Assembly: GCA_964035545.1 (NCBI GenBank)
Contig: OZ037773.1
Span: 5,795,751-5,859,750 of the forward strand
Reading direction: 5' to 3'
Length of the DNA: 64,000 bases
From: Bugula neritina
Lineage: Eukaryota > Animalia > Bryozoa
This document shows, in pieces, positions 14,363-29,300 of this stretch (position 1 is its first letter; each line of letters begins with the position of its first letter). The notes beneath the pieces are model-generated. The model did not search any database and had not been told where the DNA came from. It worked only from the letters and a program-made list of their open reading frames with translations. The position numbers and the translations under genes were made by a program.

Positions 14363-17300
14363 ATGGCTATGGCGACAACTTCTTTTCAGAACTTCTCATC
14401 CCAGATGACCCTTGTTGACGATGATGTTGTAAGTCAAGTACTATTTTTCTGTGTACTAACTTTACTCAAAGAAAGTCTCACTGCATGACGAATCTATGTC
14501 ATACATGAATGCCTAGTGTTTAGGACTATGCTAGCATCCGCTATTGTATTGCAAAATTTTGCATGCTATAATTACGCACCCATGCAAATTGTTTAAACCC
14601 GAGTCACGCATTGCTGCTAGTTATCAACAGCACTTAAAATAGTATCAAGTTTGAATTCTATATAATATAATAATTTATGATCCATAATTTTATAAGCCTG
14701 TAAGTTGTTATCAAAGTTGTATTAGAATTGCTGTCCAAATTGTTTTATGCTGAGCAACTTTTTATGACAGCCATACGTAAAACCTACTCTCTGACAGACT
14801 TTATCTACGGGTACACAAGATAAAGGTCAAGGTAGCTTTATGTTGACCTATTAACTTGTTTATAATAGTTAACCAAATAAACCTTTATTGTGGAAGCCTT
14901 CAGCAATACTGAGGCATCATTACGCTCATAGCTAACTCTCTTATTGGTGAAAATATTTAGCAATCATTGTATTTTATTATACTAAATAAAATTATATTAG
15001 TTAGATATCCAACTAACAAACAAGTGAAGACAACTATGTTAAACCTGATAATAAGTAATATAGCTCATTTATTTATTGACAGATTTATAATTAACTCCAA
15101 ATAAAGTTCTATAGCTGTTATAATAATAATTTTCAGCTATTTGTTAAATTTATATATTGCCATATAGCAATATTAGGTGCCTTTTTTAGAATTACCTATT
15201 TAGGACTTTTTGGTGGTTATACAAGAAAAAATTGCTATCTAGATTGCTATGTACAATGATTTTAATTGCCAATCAACTATTGCTATTGAGACATAAAATA
15301 GGTTATAACTTGCAATGTTTCTAAGAGTTGTCTACTTCTAGGATAAATGAATATTTGCTGGAATGTCATCATGAGCTGAGTAATTCAACTCAAAGTTTAG
15401 CTGACATTCAAGAATACTTGATAAAAAATCTATAAACTCAATGTAGAAAATATATATAATTGAGTACTTCATAACTTGAGGGCGCACTTGAAAACTCTAG
15501 ACTTGATAGGGTTTGCTGTTGTCTTTGATTTGATATTCCAAAGCCCAACTTGATTTGACTTGTTGGATATAAAACTTGATCTTTTGTTTGAACTTGACTT
15601 GTCATATAGCCATATTTTCTATTAACCTCTACAGTAAATACCTCTAAATATCTTCTTAGCAAATTGGTATACTGCTTTTTGATGGTGTCATCAATAATAT
15701 AATTTTATCTGTTACATCCTTTGAAGTTTCTCATAATTATGCTTTAACTTTTTTGTGCTGATTTTTTTCCAGACTTGGCCACGTTTTTCTCAGGTAAGAC
15801 TCGCATCTTGCATGTGCGTTAGTTTTACCTGCCCTTGCATTGTGCAGTCATCACCCAAGAAAATGTGTTAATCTGTCGCAATGAGTTGTGTTTAGTAAAT
15901 ATTAGCAAATATACAGATGCATGTATATATTATATTCTGCAGCTGTTTGCAGGTATAGATTTGTCCTTGGTGTATTTGTATTCTGATGCAATCTTTGCCA
16001 ATCCCATTACCCACAAATCTTAGCAAACTATTACCCACAAATCTTAGCAAATAGTTACCCACAAATCTTAGCAAATTGTTACCCACAATAACTAAAAACA
16101 ATAATCAAAAACTATAAATTTAGCAATATTATGAAGCAACATAATTTTTCCAAAATCAAGATTTAAAAGCTAGTATTGGAGTTTTCTGCTCTACCTAGTT
16201 ACAAGTAGGACAACTCTTGACTAACAGCATCAGCACCGGAACAGTATACAATAGGATAATGAAGGCTCATTCAGCATGCAAGTGTGCAAAGCAATCACTA
16301 TGCAGGCCTATATCTTTACAATGAATAGTTGTGCCAAGACACGTTATAGAGAACCCATGTGGTATTGATGACTCACAAATACTTCTAATAGTTAATTTAT
16401 CAATACTAACAGAGGTGAAATGAAATGTTTAGGTGTTTATTTCCCAATAGACTCTGAATCACTTATGAATTATGTACTTATCTAGATATTCAGCGAATAA
16501 ATCACCTAAAGGAAATTTCAACTACTCCCCCATCATAGTAAGTAACAGCACTTGAGGTTATTCCTGGGAACAAGTCCTATTCTTTGACACTTCAAGAGTA
16601 TATGAGAATAACAACTATAAATCATGGTTGTTGATAACTTGAAAAATGTTGTCTGACTCATGGTATCATGCGCTATGGATCATTGGATCAGATATATTAT
16701 TTTAAACTTTAGAGTGACTGCTTAGTAAAGCTGCAATATAGCACAAATTTAGGCGCTAGTCGGTTTTTCTCCTCGTAGCCTTGCAGGTATTGTACTCTTG
16801 CTAGTTACTTTTAGTCAAGCAGCTGTGTTGTAACTTCTCTTAATGGTTGATTATTAGACTTGTAATTATCATTTGACATTAGTGGCTTCCTGTTTTTGAC
16901 TGCTTTCATGCTAAAGACTAATTTGCAGTTGCAAAAACGCAGTACAAACCCTACATTCATGCTTGTGATTTCTGTTTATTGAATGTATAGACGCATCTTC
17001 CGACCTACCCGACCGCATTATATTATTTTAAACGTGAGCGTGAGTTTCTACTAAAGTATAAGTCATATACGTCGGGGGTATAAAAGTACCACTTTAAAGG
17101 TCGTTGCAATATTAGCCAAGGTACTTGGTGTCAGTCAAGCGAATCATCTGCTTAGCAGACGCATGTTGTTGTTGACAGTGAAGGCTTGTCATCCACGACT
17201 GCTTGCAGTATTCTTTATGATAATCAGTAAGAAGGTCTCCAAGCATACTTATATTAAAGACTGCAGCAATCGCATACAATAGTAAGTTATTGATTGTGTT

Positions 17301-20300
17301 TTAACCTAGCTCTGACAGCTGTCACGACAACTAAATTTGAAAATTAACTTCCGAACTCACCTTTGCTTATTCGATTTACTGGTGAGGCGTAGTATTTTCA
17401 TTTTGCATTGTATTTGTAATGATCAGGTTGGGGTTACCATTTTCATTTTAAAGTTTCAAGTTAGGATAAGGTTAGTGTAGATTTTTAATATTAGTAATTC
17501 TATACTATTAGCATTATATTTATTGATAGTAGTGTAACTAAATGGCTATAGAATGTCAAAGTGGATTAAAACTGTGACTGATAAATAATAAAATAATTAC
17601 TCTGCAGGTAAATTAAATGTATTTATAATGTTTACTCCTTAAGCGCTAGCTACTATGCATATGAAGGCAAATATTTAGTATAGTTCTGCTATTTATTCTT
17701 ATAGTGATCATTTAACGATGTAATAATATCATGATTTTTTTAAATAATTCTAATTATGTCAACTGTATTTGTTCAGTTGTACTACTTTTCAAGTTATGGA
17801 AATATATAGGATAAATTTAGAATCACCACCATCATTAAAGTCAAGTTTATTTTCGTTATGCTGGTAATAAAGTTGATAGGAAAGGATTGCAAATATTAAT
17901 ACTACCTTTATTCAATTGGAGCTACTGTAATTATTACTGTACTATAACTATGAATTCTAGTTGTAGGCTAAGGAAAATTCAAAAACAATTTTTTCAAGTT
18001 TAATGTGAAATATTTAAAATCCTAAAAACTATTCATTTTAAAGCCAATACTATTGTATTATGCAATAACCATGCTGATATTCATGTAGACTATATAACCT
18101 TAAACTTATACCATAAGTTGGCTATATATAATTTTGGGAGGAGGCTAAAAATTTGATGGTTTGGTGATTTTATAGCAACTTGAAATTTTTTTACCATAAC
18201 TCAGGTTTGAAGGCGACACACTAAGCTCTTTGTCTGATTAAGTCACTGAAGCATCTAGTGTTTATTATTCAATTTTATGGAGGAATCAGTTGATGTCCTG
18301 GGATGGGCAAATACCTCACACATTTTACTATATCTGATCATCCTATATGCGTAGTTAACTTATTGAAGTTCGATTAATGATGCCAGACCTTTAGGTCACC
18401 GACTCATTACCTCCCAATAATGATGCTAATGATACAAAGACTAAATAGTATTAGCTTTGTTTATTTCCAGTTTGTGTAGACACAAGGACGAGGCTATAGT
18501 ATAACATTTACTTCTATTTGCTCACAGCCACTTAGACAATGGGCACACTTCATTATTTGATTAGTCTTGCTGAGTTATACTACAAGTGTCAGCTAATAAT
18601 CTTTGACACAAGCTTTCAGTATTGATCTACAAGATCTAACTAACACTACTATAACTACTAGCAAACTTGGCCTATTCTAGTTTACATCAACTCACAAACT
18701 TGTCATGAATAATGATGGTAATTATAAATAAATTTATATGCATTTGGGGATTATATCTCTATAATTACATATATGCAATAGTTTACTGGAGAAAATTGAT
18801 TTGTTGGCTGTTAAGTTAGCTGTAGACTCTAAGGAAAATCAAGCAGATGATAAGTTCCTCCGCTATAACATACAAGATTCAATAAAATGCAAAACTGAGC
18901 ATAGATTTGTATTCTGAAACCTGCGTCTACAGTCAACTACTTAGATAAGATTATCTGGACTGATTTGAGACAACGAAGGAATAAAATAACTGTGTTATAT
19001 CAGCCATCGCCCATGTTATAGGTCACCAAAACTAGGTAAAAAAAACTCACCAAATTTTATAGTAGCCATCTTGCAAAAAACCCCTGGCGGAAAGGTTTTT
19101 TTGTTAAATTAGGCCAAGGACTTATTTATATGTGGCATAGGAGCAATTATGACTGGATGCTCTTCCTAACATCACCATGCAAAGGTCTAGACTTCAGCTG
19201 CTCCCTAAAAGGTAGATGGGTAGTAAATGGTCCCAATATTGTCTCTAGGTCATTGTACTAGTTTTTAAATGTAGTTGATTAGCTTTTTCTTAGTTAGGGG
19301 TCAGCAAAAAGAGTTCAGTAAAGCATAGATAACAATATTTAGTGTATGTGGTCTGGGTTAGTCTTTAGCACCATCTACCAAACAGTGAATCCAGTTATAC
19401 CCTTTAGAGACTGGACAGCTGGAAGGTTTATATTTAGAGGTCCTAATAGTAAAAACTTCCGACTATTTATAACTTAGCCCAGTGTTCTTTTGTTATCTTA
19501 TTTAGTCATCTGCTTAGAAAACCTTTGTACTGTTTGTTTACTTGAATTTGATAAACAGTTCATCTTTGCTCTGCATCCCTGGGTATATACTGTGACACAG
19601 CAACCCCAGGTGATGTTCCACCTTCGTACATGCAGGCCTCTACTGTCTCTAGCTCAACCATTATTACCTTACTTCTATAAATTTGGTTTTAATCAATGTT
19701 TTCTTTTAATGCACTAAAAATTGTTCGAGAAAATCTGAACTTTAATGTAAGAAAATGCTCACCATAACTTGTAAAACATTTTTTAGCATTTATTAGTCCT
19801 AGTTTTTGTGGCTTGCGTTTACTAATGTGGTATTCCTAACTACTGTATGGCATGGTTTTATGGAGTTGTGTCATCTATAAGTTGGAAACCAACTTAATTC
19901 CACCAAGTTGGCTATAGCATGGCCAGCTATAGAACTTAAAGCAAGTAACCTTTGAGCTAATGTAAGCTTAGGTAATAATTGCATCTTTTGTAGCTTATAT
20001 AAAACCAACAAGCCGAAAAAAGTAATTGTAATTGTCAATGGATTTCTTTCATTGAGGGTATACAATTGCATTGTAACCTACATTTGCCTTACTGGGCTGT
20101 AATATCATACCTTTAGTTGATTAAGAAAAGGTGGTGTGTTATACAGGTAATGTCAACTTTACTCTATTGTTAGACCTAGTAATACATTGTTGTTTTACAT
20201 AATTAGTAATAAAACTATGCGTTTTTTATTTGTGGATATCGAGTGTATTATATAAAGGTTTGCATTGCTTTGTGCCAGGCATGGATATAGTAACTAAGTT

Positions 20301-23300
20301 AATATTTGAGAAAGTATTAGTGGAATAATTCAGTTTAGCTCAGAATTGATCTTCTAGGTGTAAGTATAAATGGCTCTTTCAAAATATAAAACTGTGGAGG
20401 CATGTTTTTAGTATTATTTGAGCAAAGTATGTTTGTAGAAAATGTGAATTAGGTATATAGTTTTATATTAAGTTCAATTGTGCCTATGCATATACAGTAC
20501 TAAAGTGCAACTTAGAAGTGTGCTGCATGTGTTCAAGTACAACTTGAAAGTAATGAGAACCTATCTAGGTGTGACTTGACTCTTCTTCCACCTATCACCT
20601 TGTTGTATCATTCATACAGCTTAAGACTCATCTGTTTTAATTATATGCTGTGAAATATGTTAGCACTATGCAGTGTAAGAAGGGACAAACGGCTTAAAAG
20701 AGTTACCTTTGAATATTATGTAACTTCCACAATGCAATCTTATGAAATTTGCTCATACCTTTATGCTACTTGAAATAAGTATATCTCAAACTTAGCTATA
20801 ATGTATAAATATAAGGAGGGTGTTGCTGCGCTTTTAGTTGAGTATACTTACGATACAGTCTCACTTCATCATATTATTATATAGTTACTGCTATATTTCA
20901 ATGTTAAGACAATGCAATGCACATGTATACAACCATAGAACAATACATAATGAGATACCATCTACTATATACTATTATGTTTCTTCTGACAGCATTTCAC
21001 ACACTAGCTGTAGTCATTATATGAGTTGGTTGGGCTTTACTAAGAATAATGTGTAAAAGTTGCAGCTATACAATAGTAGAATATTATACCAAAGACCCAA
21101 GACACTGGCCCATCAATCTTTTTAAATAGATAAGTTGCAATTTTGTTTATGTAGTGGTAATAAAATTTTATTGTTATGCATGTTAGCAAAGCTTTGTTGA
21201 AAAGTTGTAAAAGTTTAAAGTTGCAGATTCATTTTTAGTTGAGCTGATTAGGTTGTTAAGTTGTACTTTTGGCTAGTATTTTAATTAACTTGCCAAGTGT
21301 CTAGACTCTAGTAGAACACTGGCTGCATAGCAGCAGCAACAGCAGCAAGAGCAGCAGCAGCAGCAGCAGCAGCTAGCAGCTGTGTCATCAAGGCAAGCAG
21401 GCCAGTTGCATTCCATTGTGTGATCTAAATGCTATTAGTTGCACATGTGACATTTGTTTAGTTACTGATGCCTGTATTTACATAGCTATAACTTGCATAC
21501 CTCAGGGCCAACTCGTGAAATCCTTACAGTATTTCAACTTGAGAATCTTCATAACTTCTTGTGTCATTGAATTTATGAAGATGCGACATTGTTGACATAT
21601 TTTTTCTTAGTTTTAATATTAAAGCAACATATGCAGCTTTCCTGAATGCATTTAAGAAAAAGTTTGTTAAAATTTACTTCAATTGGCTCAGTTCTAGGAT
21701 ATTTATTAACTTTAGTATTTATTCAATTCTATTCATATTCATTTTGATGTGTGTAGTGTTATGGTTAAATATGTTTTTCTTGGAGTTGTGGGCCCATTTA
21801 GTTGAACTGCCTCCCACCTGCTCGTAGCAAGAGAGCTTCCTGTTAATTTGGCACGTTGCCTAGAACAATTTTCAAAATCAATGAAAGCCGTATTCCATCT
21901 TGTCTCTCACTGTACCGCTGTAAATAAGGTATAGCCAGTGTAATCAATACTCAATAAGGTTACGTCCACATTTGATCCACTGCTTCTAAAGGTTATACAA
22001 TAGTCTTTTGATAGAGTTCATGCTTAAATTAACCACTAGAATTACTTGAGCACTCTCCGAAAATGCTTTATCTTGTCCTTTTTGTAACATAGTACTTGGA
22101 ATGTTGGTAGGAGCCAAATGGTGGCTGAATAGGTTCATCCCAAATGCATTTGTGGTGGCAGTCCATATCAAAGCTAGCAAAACAACAATATAACGTTATA
22201 AGAAAGCAATAAATTTTGTTAAAATTATGTTTTTTCTAAAGTTATTGTAATTCTAAGTCTAGTAGTGTTCTTTAGCTAGTTTTTTTTAAAATTCAAGTAG
22301 GAAACTCTTGCTGGTGACATTTAAACATGTTTTGTGGAGAACATTTCACCCATTGAAGACATTATTATTTATTTATTCATGCTTTTTACATTGACACACT
22401 CATTGCTTATTGAACTATGAATAGGCAAAGTGTTAACTCGTAGGCTACTTGTGACTTTCAACTCGTGTTATCTCGAGTGTTCATAATGAACGTGAGTATA
22501 TACAACTTACTGATAACAAAGTTTACACTTGCTTGCGTAACATTTAAATCTTGCAATGATGTTATTATGACTCACTCGAAGCTAATGAGTTCAGCGAATC
22601 ATTTAACTGATACTCTGTTTATAATTAGTTGTTTTGGACAAACACTTTTTTGTGGGAAGTTGGGAAAAGAGTTTAATTTTGTTCAGTTAGCAGTTTATGT
22701 TAGAAATGAGAGCAATTAGAACAAGTTAAACTAGCAGCTACTAGGCTTTTAACTTTCGTACGACTTGCAACCTACTCAATGCTGATTGTAATACAGAGTT
22801 ACTCAAAGGTCTAGCAGAGAATAATCTAATTAATGGAGTTCAATTATAAGGTAATTGCTGTTTGCTTTTTTACTACAGTCTAGACAGCTTAGTATTAGTA
22901 GTGCTTCATTGTCACCTCTAATTCTGATTTGAGCTTTACACCATTTTTGTGATGGTTACCTTTACAACTTCTCATAACCTGGTGTACGAAATTGTTTAGT
23001 TTACAGTATATTTAGTCTAAAGTTCTCAATCTACAGTATATTTAGTTTGAAGTTCTCGCTCTATAGAGTATGAGGTTCACATAGCAATCTATGGACATTA
23101 AGTTTCCAGATGTTGATTCTGATACAAACAAAAGTATCCTTGCTTCTAAGGAAGATCCAGTAAATACCTTGAATGTGGGTCTAAAAACTTAGCGTAGTTC
23201 TGGTCTTAGCTCTCTCTGTATGGCATAGTTGCTGGAACCCATGCTACAACTTGCACCTATTGCCATGGGATGGGCTACTCAACGAGCATAGCTTTGATCT

Positions 23301-26300
23301 TGCTTCTTATATTGCATGAGCTGTGTATTACTCTGCAACCTGTACAAGTGAAATACTATATAAACCAATTATTTCTGGTAAGTGACGCCAATGTGAAGGT
23401 CACTCATACCTGAATATGACATGGGAGAAGGGGGATTGAATAGCAGTAGTGTTCACATTCACATAACATGAGTATAGACCCAACTCAAACTCTACAATGC
23501 ATACATATGCTGTTATATACCAGTTTTACTATGAATTTGGAATATACTTTTCAAGTAGGTCAAATATATAATAGTATTTTAGCTGCGGAATGTCATTAAA
23601 GTAATTATAACAAAGAAATTCAATGCCTAATTACTTTAGGATTAGGATACTGGCACAACTTTATACTAACTATAGGATCTCCCTGTTACAACCAGTAGTA
23701 AACAAATATCATTCATCTTTTTTATGAAGTTTAACAGATCTTCTCCATGCAACAATTAAGACCTACAGCTGCATCCTCTGGCCAACAGGAAGTTAACCTA
23801 CTCAGTGTTATTAACAACAGATCACTAGCTGAATGTACATATTAGATTAGTTAGGGTGGCTAAGTGTTCATAAGCCGTATAGGTTATTAATAGTGTAATA
23901 GTGAAAGGTACTTGATCGCTGTAGACCACTGCACACTTCAACTTGTGTGTGATCTAACACTGCTAACCACAATTTCTTACTCCTTAGGATTGTAGCTACT
24001 CCAGTTTTTGTCATAATGAAAGTAAGTTTGTGTTTTTTGTTGTCAGTTTCTTTCCATTGAAGTTAAACTTGTGACTCTTATTCAAGTGTTGGTTTGATTC
24101 TCACTGATTTCATTATGTTCAGTGAACTGGTTAAAGTATTTATGTGGGCTTTCTGCTGGTGGTATTGAATTCAAGAGTTATAATGTAATGTACGATTTAC
24201 ATGGTTTATAGCCAACATAATTTGCTATAGAGGTTTCTTCCTGATAATGAACAGTGTCCTAGCCCCTTTGTTTACCATCTTCTACTATTACTCCAGCTTC
24301 TGCACTCAAATACTTGCCATTCCTAGAGGTTATTATTTGTTCATTATTCAAAACCATGTCTGGGACTTGGGGGGCTAGTCTACCACTGAAGAAATATTAG
24401 CTGTCTGAGAACTATTGATTGTAGTTCAATTTGTTATCAATTAATTAACTAGTAGTACTATTGACTATGATTTAGTTTCTATTTTTAGTGGTTGAAATAT
24501 TTAAAAAACCGACACTATTTTGATGTTTATATTCATATATTCATTAATTTCCCAGAAGACTTGTAATTTTAGACAAAAGATCTGCTTTTTATTAACGAAG
24601 TATAACATTAGGCTGCATAAAATCAATTATGTGAATAAAATTAGAGATTGTTTTGCTAACTTTCATCAATCTTTAATATGCTATCATTGCATAACAAATG
24701 TTGATGGTATTCAATAGAAGAGGAGAGATAACTCTAATCGTAGCCTGTTTTCTACTGTATTTTAGCACTCAGAGAGCGGGCGGCGAGTCAGGCCTCCTCG
24801 TAAATCAGTCATGTCAAGTCTGTGTGGCTGTTTGGGAGTTAAAAGTCAACCTTCAATAAAACACACAGGTATGAGAAGTATGTTGCAGGTAGGAGTTGGG
24901 TTCTAACCGCTTTATATATGAACTTAGTAGGTGAAATTTCTCCAGGACTACGCTGCAAGAGGAAACAAATTCTCTATATAATGTATAATACTGCTTTGTG
25001 TTGGAGTTGTGTGATCAACTTAAAAACTTAATAGAAATTGACACATTTGACATTCATTCTGCTGCCAGGTGCAAAGTTGCTTTAGCTCACACAAGATCAA
25101 ATTCCAGACATTTTATTTTGGGTTCAGGAAGTATAATGGCTAATCTAATTCTGTCGCAGCTAATGTAAACTTTCAGATTTATTTTTCTGGTACCTGTCAC
25201 AGCCTGCCATAATTTGACTTGTAGATTTTGGCTAGATATTAATGTTACCCTCTCTGCTGTGCGCCTGTCTTGTCATAGAATGCTTGTCAGGTTGAACTAA
25301 CCGATGTTGCAGCAAAAATAACTATTACAAGTCTTTCTACCTTTCAGTAACTAAAAACATAGGCTAAGAGTTACTTTTTAAAGTCTAAAAAATGCATCAA
25401 TTAAATTTGATCAGGTATGAATTGTATTGACTAGACTTCAATACCCATTACTAGTATTTTCATGGTTGTGAGTTGTTAGTAGCAGTAAGGTAGTTTGATA
25501 TCAGATCAGCTACACTACCACCACACCAACACTGTCCATGCTAGGAGTATTAACTCTGAAAACCTACAGTGAGTTTTTGACTGTAGGTAACGGCATGGTG
25601 GCCAAACTACAACCGGATTTGCCGATGCCACCCGAACAGGAACTCAACGTAAAGTTTGCCGAGCTGGTGGACGAGCTGGATCTAGACAAGCCACACAGAG
25701 ATGCCATGTTCGCCATGTCTCCAGATAAAAAGTGGCAGATATACTGTAGCAAGAAAAGGGTAAGTGAAAGTTATTCTCGTGTGTCACAGCTTCTGACAAT
25801 GTGTAGCCGAATTCCAACTGTTTATTTTAGCCTCAGTTATCCATATTTTGGGCTCAACTTGTGGCTAAGATTGAGCTATAATACTGAGATTATTATTTAA
25901 AACTGTTAAGTATCAGCTGATAGAATTTTTATTTGAATCATTATAATTTTTTCCCTGAAGTCATAATGACAAAGGGACTGTTTGAAGATCATCTTCTAAA
26001 GCAGAGTATGAAGCATTCTCACTCTGACTGTTCACTCTGTTACAGGAACAAGATGACCCTCTCACCAGCCACTATCCAGACTACTATGTTGATCATATCA
26101 GTAAAATGTCTAAAGTAGTTGTCCTGTCATACAATGACGATTTAGAAAGTAGGCTAAGCGTGGTGGATAGTCTGAAAACAGCACTGCGGACTCAGCCGCT
26201 AAGGTAGGTGGACAACCAAACACGCAGTCATACATCATTACATAATGTAGGTACACTTATGTTAAGGTAGCTACACTAATGGTAGACAAGAAGTAGTAAT

Positions 26301-29300
26301 ACATCCATGCATTAACTAGAAATGATTAAACTTACCTGTCAAACAAATAAATTTCTGCGTTAATTGTCAGCAGCCACTATACTCAGCCTCTCCAGTTCCA
26401 TATAGTTTACATATTCTGACGTGCTACTAATTTTAGATTTTTATATCTCTTAGGGAACTGAAGTATCTCAGCTGTTTAGTTGCTTCTCCTGAAGATGTAA
26501 TTTGATATGCTTTCTTGTAGTTTTGTTACGAGGTTTATTGACAAAGATGGCCTCCAGTGTTTGATAGACTTTCTCATGAGGATGGATAACGAGACGCTCC
26601 AAAGCAGCATACACACAAGCATCATCGGCTGCTTGAAGGCCCTCATGAACAATACAGTTAGTATAGTCTGATCCTCAGTAACTTTTGGTTATCCCTTTAA
26701 AGGGGGGACAATTTCTTCCCTGATTGTGCTCAATACGTGTTCATCATGTTGTGTTTGAATAACTGAAATTGATTAGAAACTTTTGCTAATTTCCTGCAGC
26801 CTTTTGATTGGGATTTGTGTTTTTTTTTCATCAGAAAGCAGCTTCCTCTAGTAAGTGATTCATACTAGCCTGTGTTTTATGAATATGTTTGCTAATCACT
26901 AATATATTGGCTGTAGATGAGATTTGATGTGAATGATTACTGTTTTATTGTTTTATACCAATCTTGTACCAGTTCCTTGTTGTAAAATAATTCATAGTAT
27001 TTTACTGCTAGCAGCAGGTGACATTTGAAACCAAATTACATAGCGTAAGCAGCTGAGCAGTGTGTACTTTGTCCTTATTCATTGCACTAACTTTGATCTT
27101 AATATTTTAGTTGATTTCTTTCTTTCAAAATTGTAGCAAGGAAGGGCTCACGTGCTCGCCCACCCGTCTGCTGTTAATGTGATCGCCCAAAGCTTGATGT
27201 CAGATAATATCAAGACAAAAATATCCACCATAGAGATTCTTGGCGCAATGTGCCTGGTGCCAGGGGGCCATAAGAAGGTTTTGGCAGCAATGTACCACCT
27301 GCAGACCTTTGCTTCTGAGAGAACAAGGTTTCAGGTCAGCATCAACATGATCATACAATGTGACTAGTAGTTAGACATTAACCGAAAATTGTCCAAGCTT
27401 TATGATTTTCATTAATTTTGGTTTGAGTTTGAAAATCTCACAAGAACGTAACTTTTTTTGCAGTGTTTTTCACTCAATCACTCAATCACTCACTCACTCA
27501 CTCACTCACTCACTTACTTACTCAATCACTCAATAACTTGCTCATTTACTCACTCACTCAATCACTCACTCAATCACTCACTCAATCACTCACTCACTCA
27601 CTCACTTACTCAATCACTCAATAACTTGCTCATTTACTCACTTGATCACACTGTTGATAATTCGGTAAATGTTGCTTGTCACAATGCAATGGAGATTTAC
27701 TCTTTGGCTGGTGTCCTTACAGGTACCTAGCACACTTATGACTATCAACCATGACACTTTATTGGCATCAATTGCTGTATATTTGTGGGTTGTGATTGTA
27801 GACACTTATAAATGACTTAGACCGAAGCACTGGTATGTACAAGGATGAGGTTGCCTTGAAGACTGCTATCATGTCATTCATAAACGTCATGCTCAAGTAT
27901 GGCTCTGGCCAGGTGAGTGTGGACAACTCCCAAACTATGTTATTTTTCCTACTTATATACTTTTTCCTTACAGATCTCAATATGTATACTTTTCACATGC
28001 AAATGTTTACAAAACTGTTATTCATTTTTGTAAATTTGGTCTCTTTTACTTAACAAATATAAGATCTTTATTGCAAAATTGTTATATGAAAATGGTTTGC
28101 CTGCAGAATATGTATTTAACTTGTACTACATACCATAAACCCAATAATATTTCTGATATGCATTCTTCATTGCTGATGTGTCTTTTACTAGCAATTGGAA
28201 TGTTTTAATATTCTCCTTTGAAACTTTTTAGTTTTATAAAAAAGTATAAATTTTCCCATTACTTGTGTTGAATGCCCATCTATTGGTTGGTAAGGAATGG
28301 TGCATTCTGGTTACAGGAAATACTCGAGTTCCGAATGCACTTACGCTACGAGTTTCTCATGCTCGGCGTACAGCCTGTCATCGAGAAGATGAAGAAACAT
28401 GGAAACTCTACTCTAGACAGACACATCGGCTTCTTTGAACTCGTCAGGAATGCGGATGAAAAGGAATTCGCTAAAAAGTTTGATCTCGTAAGTCCTTGCT
28501 TCACGCTAAGTCCTTGCTTTACGCTAAGCTACTTTTTCATGTTGGATGGGATCTATAAATCTAGATGTGCAAAACAAAGTTTAATCAGTTGATGAGAATT
28601 TTATTCAAATATGATTGAATAATGTATTCAAATGTTTGAAAGCAATTACTGTGACTGCCATTAACGTAATTTAAATTGAATTTAGTTTTTTCCTATAAAT
28701 TAATGTGATGTGATGATTAAAGGTTTACTGATACAGGGAGTTGTGGTAACATAATTTGTTAGAACAAAGTGTTTCGAAGTAAATAAAATAAGGCAAAAAT
28801 TATTGTCTTGTAAATAAGTAAAAACCACTCTTAAAATACACACACCCACACGTACATAAACACACATGCAAACACATTCGCCCATACAATGTGAAGTCTA
28901 AGACTATGTGGAAGAGTTACGTCGGTTTGATGTTGTAGTTTATCTTCTAGGTTCACGTAGACACCAGGAGTGGAACGAGTATGTTTGAACTGTTGAGAAA
29001 GAGGCTGTGTCTTTCCTCGTCATATTCACATCTACTCTCTATACTTAAACACTTCCTAATGCTACCCAGTGAGTATAGACTGTTTTATAATATTAGCTGC
29101 ATTGTTTGTATTGGTATGTGGTGTTAGCATATTATACTATAATGCAATATACTATCTGCATCATTTTATTGGCTATTATAATATAATATCTACATTATTT
29201 TATTGATATGTTTTAACCATTTATTGTATAGCATCTCATTATTAGTGTATTATAATATATTGTAATATGCTATCAAGTTATTAGTATATTATAATAGAAT

